Source: Eledone cirrhosa
Lineage: Eukaryota
Assembly (NCBI GenBank): GCA_964016885.1
Contig: OZ024744.1
Location: 114,018,001-114,082,000, forward strand
Reading direction: 5' to 3'
DNA: 64,000 nt
Shown: one piece after another, positions 61,280 through 64,000 of the stretch
Numbering within the stretch: position 1 is the first letter of the stretch
How the letters are laid out: the number at the start of each line of letters is the position of its first letter
Notes under the pieces: model-generated
What the model was told of the DNA's origin: nothing
Databases searched by the model: none
What the model saw: the letters and a program-made list of their open reading frames with translations, nothing else
Translations under genes and position numbers: made by a program

Positions 61280-64000
61280 CAGTACACGTTGTAAAGTAGT
61301 CATGTAGGTGTCGAAATAAAAGTACCCTGTACACACTATAAAGTGGTCATGTAGGTGTGACAACAAAAATACCCAGTACATACTGTAAAGTGGTCGTGTA
61401 GGTGTGACAACAAAAAGTACCCAGTACACACTGTAAAGTGGTCATGTAGGTGTGACAACAAAAAGTACCCAGTACACGTAAAGTAATCATGTAGGTGTCA
61501 CAAGAAAAAGTATCCAGTACACACTGTAAAGTGGTCATATAGTTGTCTCGACAAAATTCACCCAGACCACACTGTAAACTGGTTATGCAGGCGTCATAGG
61601 AGGCTCCCAGTTCACACTGTTAAGTGGTCATATAGGTGTCAGAACAAAGAGTCAGGACACACTGTAAAGTGATCATATAGTTGTCACAACAAAAAACTGC
61701 TAGTCCATACTGTAAAGTGGTCATGAGGTGCCACAACAAAAAGTACGCAGTCCACACCGTAAAGTGGTCATGTAGGTGCCACAACATAAAGTAGCCAGTC
61801 GACACCGTAAAGTGGTCATATAGGTGTCAAAACAAAATTACCCAGTACACACTGTAAAGTGGTCATGTAGGTGTCATGACAAAAAGTACCCAGTACACAC
61901 TGTAAAGTAGTCATGTAGGTGTCACAACAAAAAGTACCCAGTACACACTGTAAAGTAGTCATGTAGGTGTCACAACAAAAATAACCCAGTCCACTTTGTA
62001 AAGTGTTCATGTAGGTGTCACAACAAAAAGTACCCAGTGCACTCTGTAAAGTGGTCATGTAGGTCTCTGAACAAAAATTACCCAGTCCATACTGTAAAGT
62101 AGTCATGTAGGTGTCACAACAAAAAGTACCCAGTCCACACTGTAAAGTGGTCATATAGATGTCACAACAAAAAGCAACCAGTACCCACTATAAATTGGTC
62201 ATGACAAAAAGTACCCAGTACACACTGTAAAGTGGTCATGAGGTGCTACAACAAAAAGTACGCAGTACACACCGTAAAGTGATCAAGTAGGTGTCTCAAC
62301 ATAAAGTACCCAGTCGACACCGTAAAGTGATCATATAGGTGTCAAAACAAAATTACCCAGTACACAATGTAAAGTGGTGAAGTATGTACCACAACAAAGA
62401 GTACCCAGTACACACTGTAAAGTGGTCATGTAGGTGTCACAACAAAAACTACCAAGTACACACTGTAAAGTGTCATGTAGGTGTCACAACAAAAATAACC
62501 CAGTCCACTTTGTAAAGTGTTCATGTAGGAGTCACAACAAAAAGTACCCAGTGCACACTGTAAAGTAGTCATAAAGGTGTCACAACTAAAAGTACCCAGT
62601 ACACACTGTAAAGTGGTCATGTAGGTGTCATGACAAAAATTACCAAGTACACACTGTAAAGTGGTCATGTAGGTGTCATGACAAAAATTACCCAGTACAC
62701 ACTGTAAAGTGGTCATGTAGGTGTCATGACAAAAATTACCCAGTACACACTGTAAAGTGTTCATGTAGGTCTCAGGACAAAGAATACCCAGTCCATACTG
62801 TAAAGCGGTGAGATAGGTGTCACAACGAAAAGTAGCAAGTACACACTGTAAAGTGCTCATGCAGGTGTCACTATAAAAATTACCCAGTACACACTGTAAA
62901 GAGTTTGTGTAGGTCTCACAACAAAGCGGCACCCTGTCCACACGGTAAAGTGGTCATGTAGCTGTCACAAACACACAGTACACATTGTGAAGTGGTCATG
63001 TAACTGTCACAACAAAAAACACCCATTCCACACTGTAAAATGGTCAGGAAGGTGTGACAACAAATACTACCCAGTAGGTGTCACAAGAAAAAACACCCAG
63101 TATACATTGTGAAGTGTCACATTGTAGGTGTCACAACAAAAAGCACCCAGTGCACACTGTAAAGTGGTCATGTAGGTGTCATGACAAAAGGTACCCAGTA
63201 CACACTGTAAAGTGGTCATGTAGGTGTCACAACAAAAAGTACCTAGTACACAATGTAAAGTTTTCACGTAGGTATCACAACAAAAAGTACCCAATCCACC
63301 CTGTAAAGTGGTCATGCAGGTGTCACAACAAAACGTACCCAGTACACACTGTAAAGTGGTCACAGCAAAAAGTACCCAGTACACACTGTAAAGTGGTCAT
63401 GTTGGTGTCACAACAAAAAGTACCTAGTACACTCTAAAGTGGTCATGTAGGTGTCACTACAAAAAGTACCCAGTACACATTGTGCAGTGGTTATGTATGT
63501 GTCACAACATAATGTACCCAATACACTCTAAAGTGGTCATGTAGGTGTCACTATAAAAAGTACCCAGTACACACTGTAAAGTGGTCATGTAGGTGTCACT
63601 ACAAAAAGTACCCAGTACACACTGTAAAGTGGTCATGTAGGTGTCACAACAAAAATACCCAATACACACTGTAAAATAGTCATGTAGGTATCACTACAAA
63701 AAGTACTCAGTACACACTGTAAAGTGGTCATGTAGGTGTCATGACAAAATTACCCAATCCACACTCTAAAGTCCTCATGTAGGTGTCACAACAAAAAGCA
63801 CCCAGTCCACACTGTAAAGTGGTCATGTAGGTGTCACAACAAAAAGTACCCACTACACACTGTAAAGTGGTCATGTAGGTGTCACAACAAAAGGTACCCA
63901 ATCCACGCTGTAAAGTGGTCTTGTAGGTGTCACAACAAAAAGTACCCAGTACACACTGTAAAGTGGTCATGTAGGTGTCACAACAAAACTAACCAGTACA
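61280..64000 (+). repeat. 48-bp satellite, more diverged array, running off the window end
   Basis: Same unit as 29390-30735; preceded by a C-rich tract like that in the RTE 3' UTRs at 49860-49930 and 39230-39390. Confidence 0.97.

Overview
Eukaryotic (metazoan) genomic DNA, almost entirely transposable-element debris, microsatellites and tandem repeats. The SINE families and repeat landscape suggest an octopus or other cephalopod (inference from recalled SINE sequences, not a database search). One host gene is recognisable: two + strand exons (33290-33397 and 60271-~60529) splice in frame into an MZT2/MOZART2-like protein across a ~26.9 kb intron; its first exon was not found. Mobile elements are two Tx1-like LINEs, three R4/Dong-like RLE LINEs sitting in microsatellites, a Gypsy-like LTR element nested in a SINE, many RTE-clade LINE fragments (one family has a C4HC3 PHD-like finger inside ORF2), two tRNA-derived SINE families, Penelope-like elements with minimal hammerhead ribozymes, two non-autonomous Helitron-like elements and a DD37D-type Tc1/mariner. 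Main leads: (i) a 48-bp module shared by the RTE 3' UTR, a SINE and kb-long satellite arrays; (ii) a 43-bp intronic satellite whose hairpin-forming unit carries let-7 nt 1-10; (iii) hammerheads and a ~230-bp-arm palindrome in the intron; (iv) the PHD-in-RT architecture. Boundaries of degraded elements are approximate and all identifications were made by eye.
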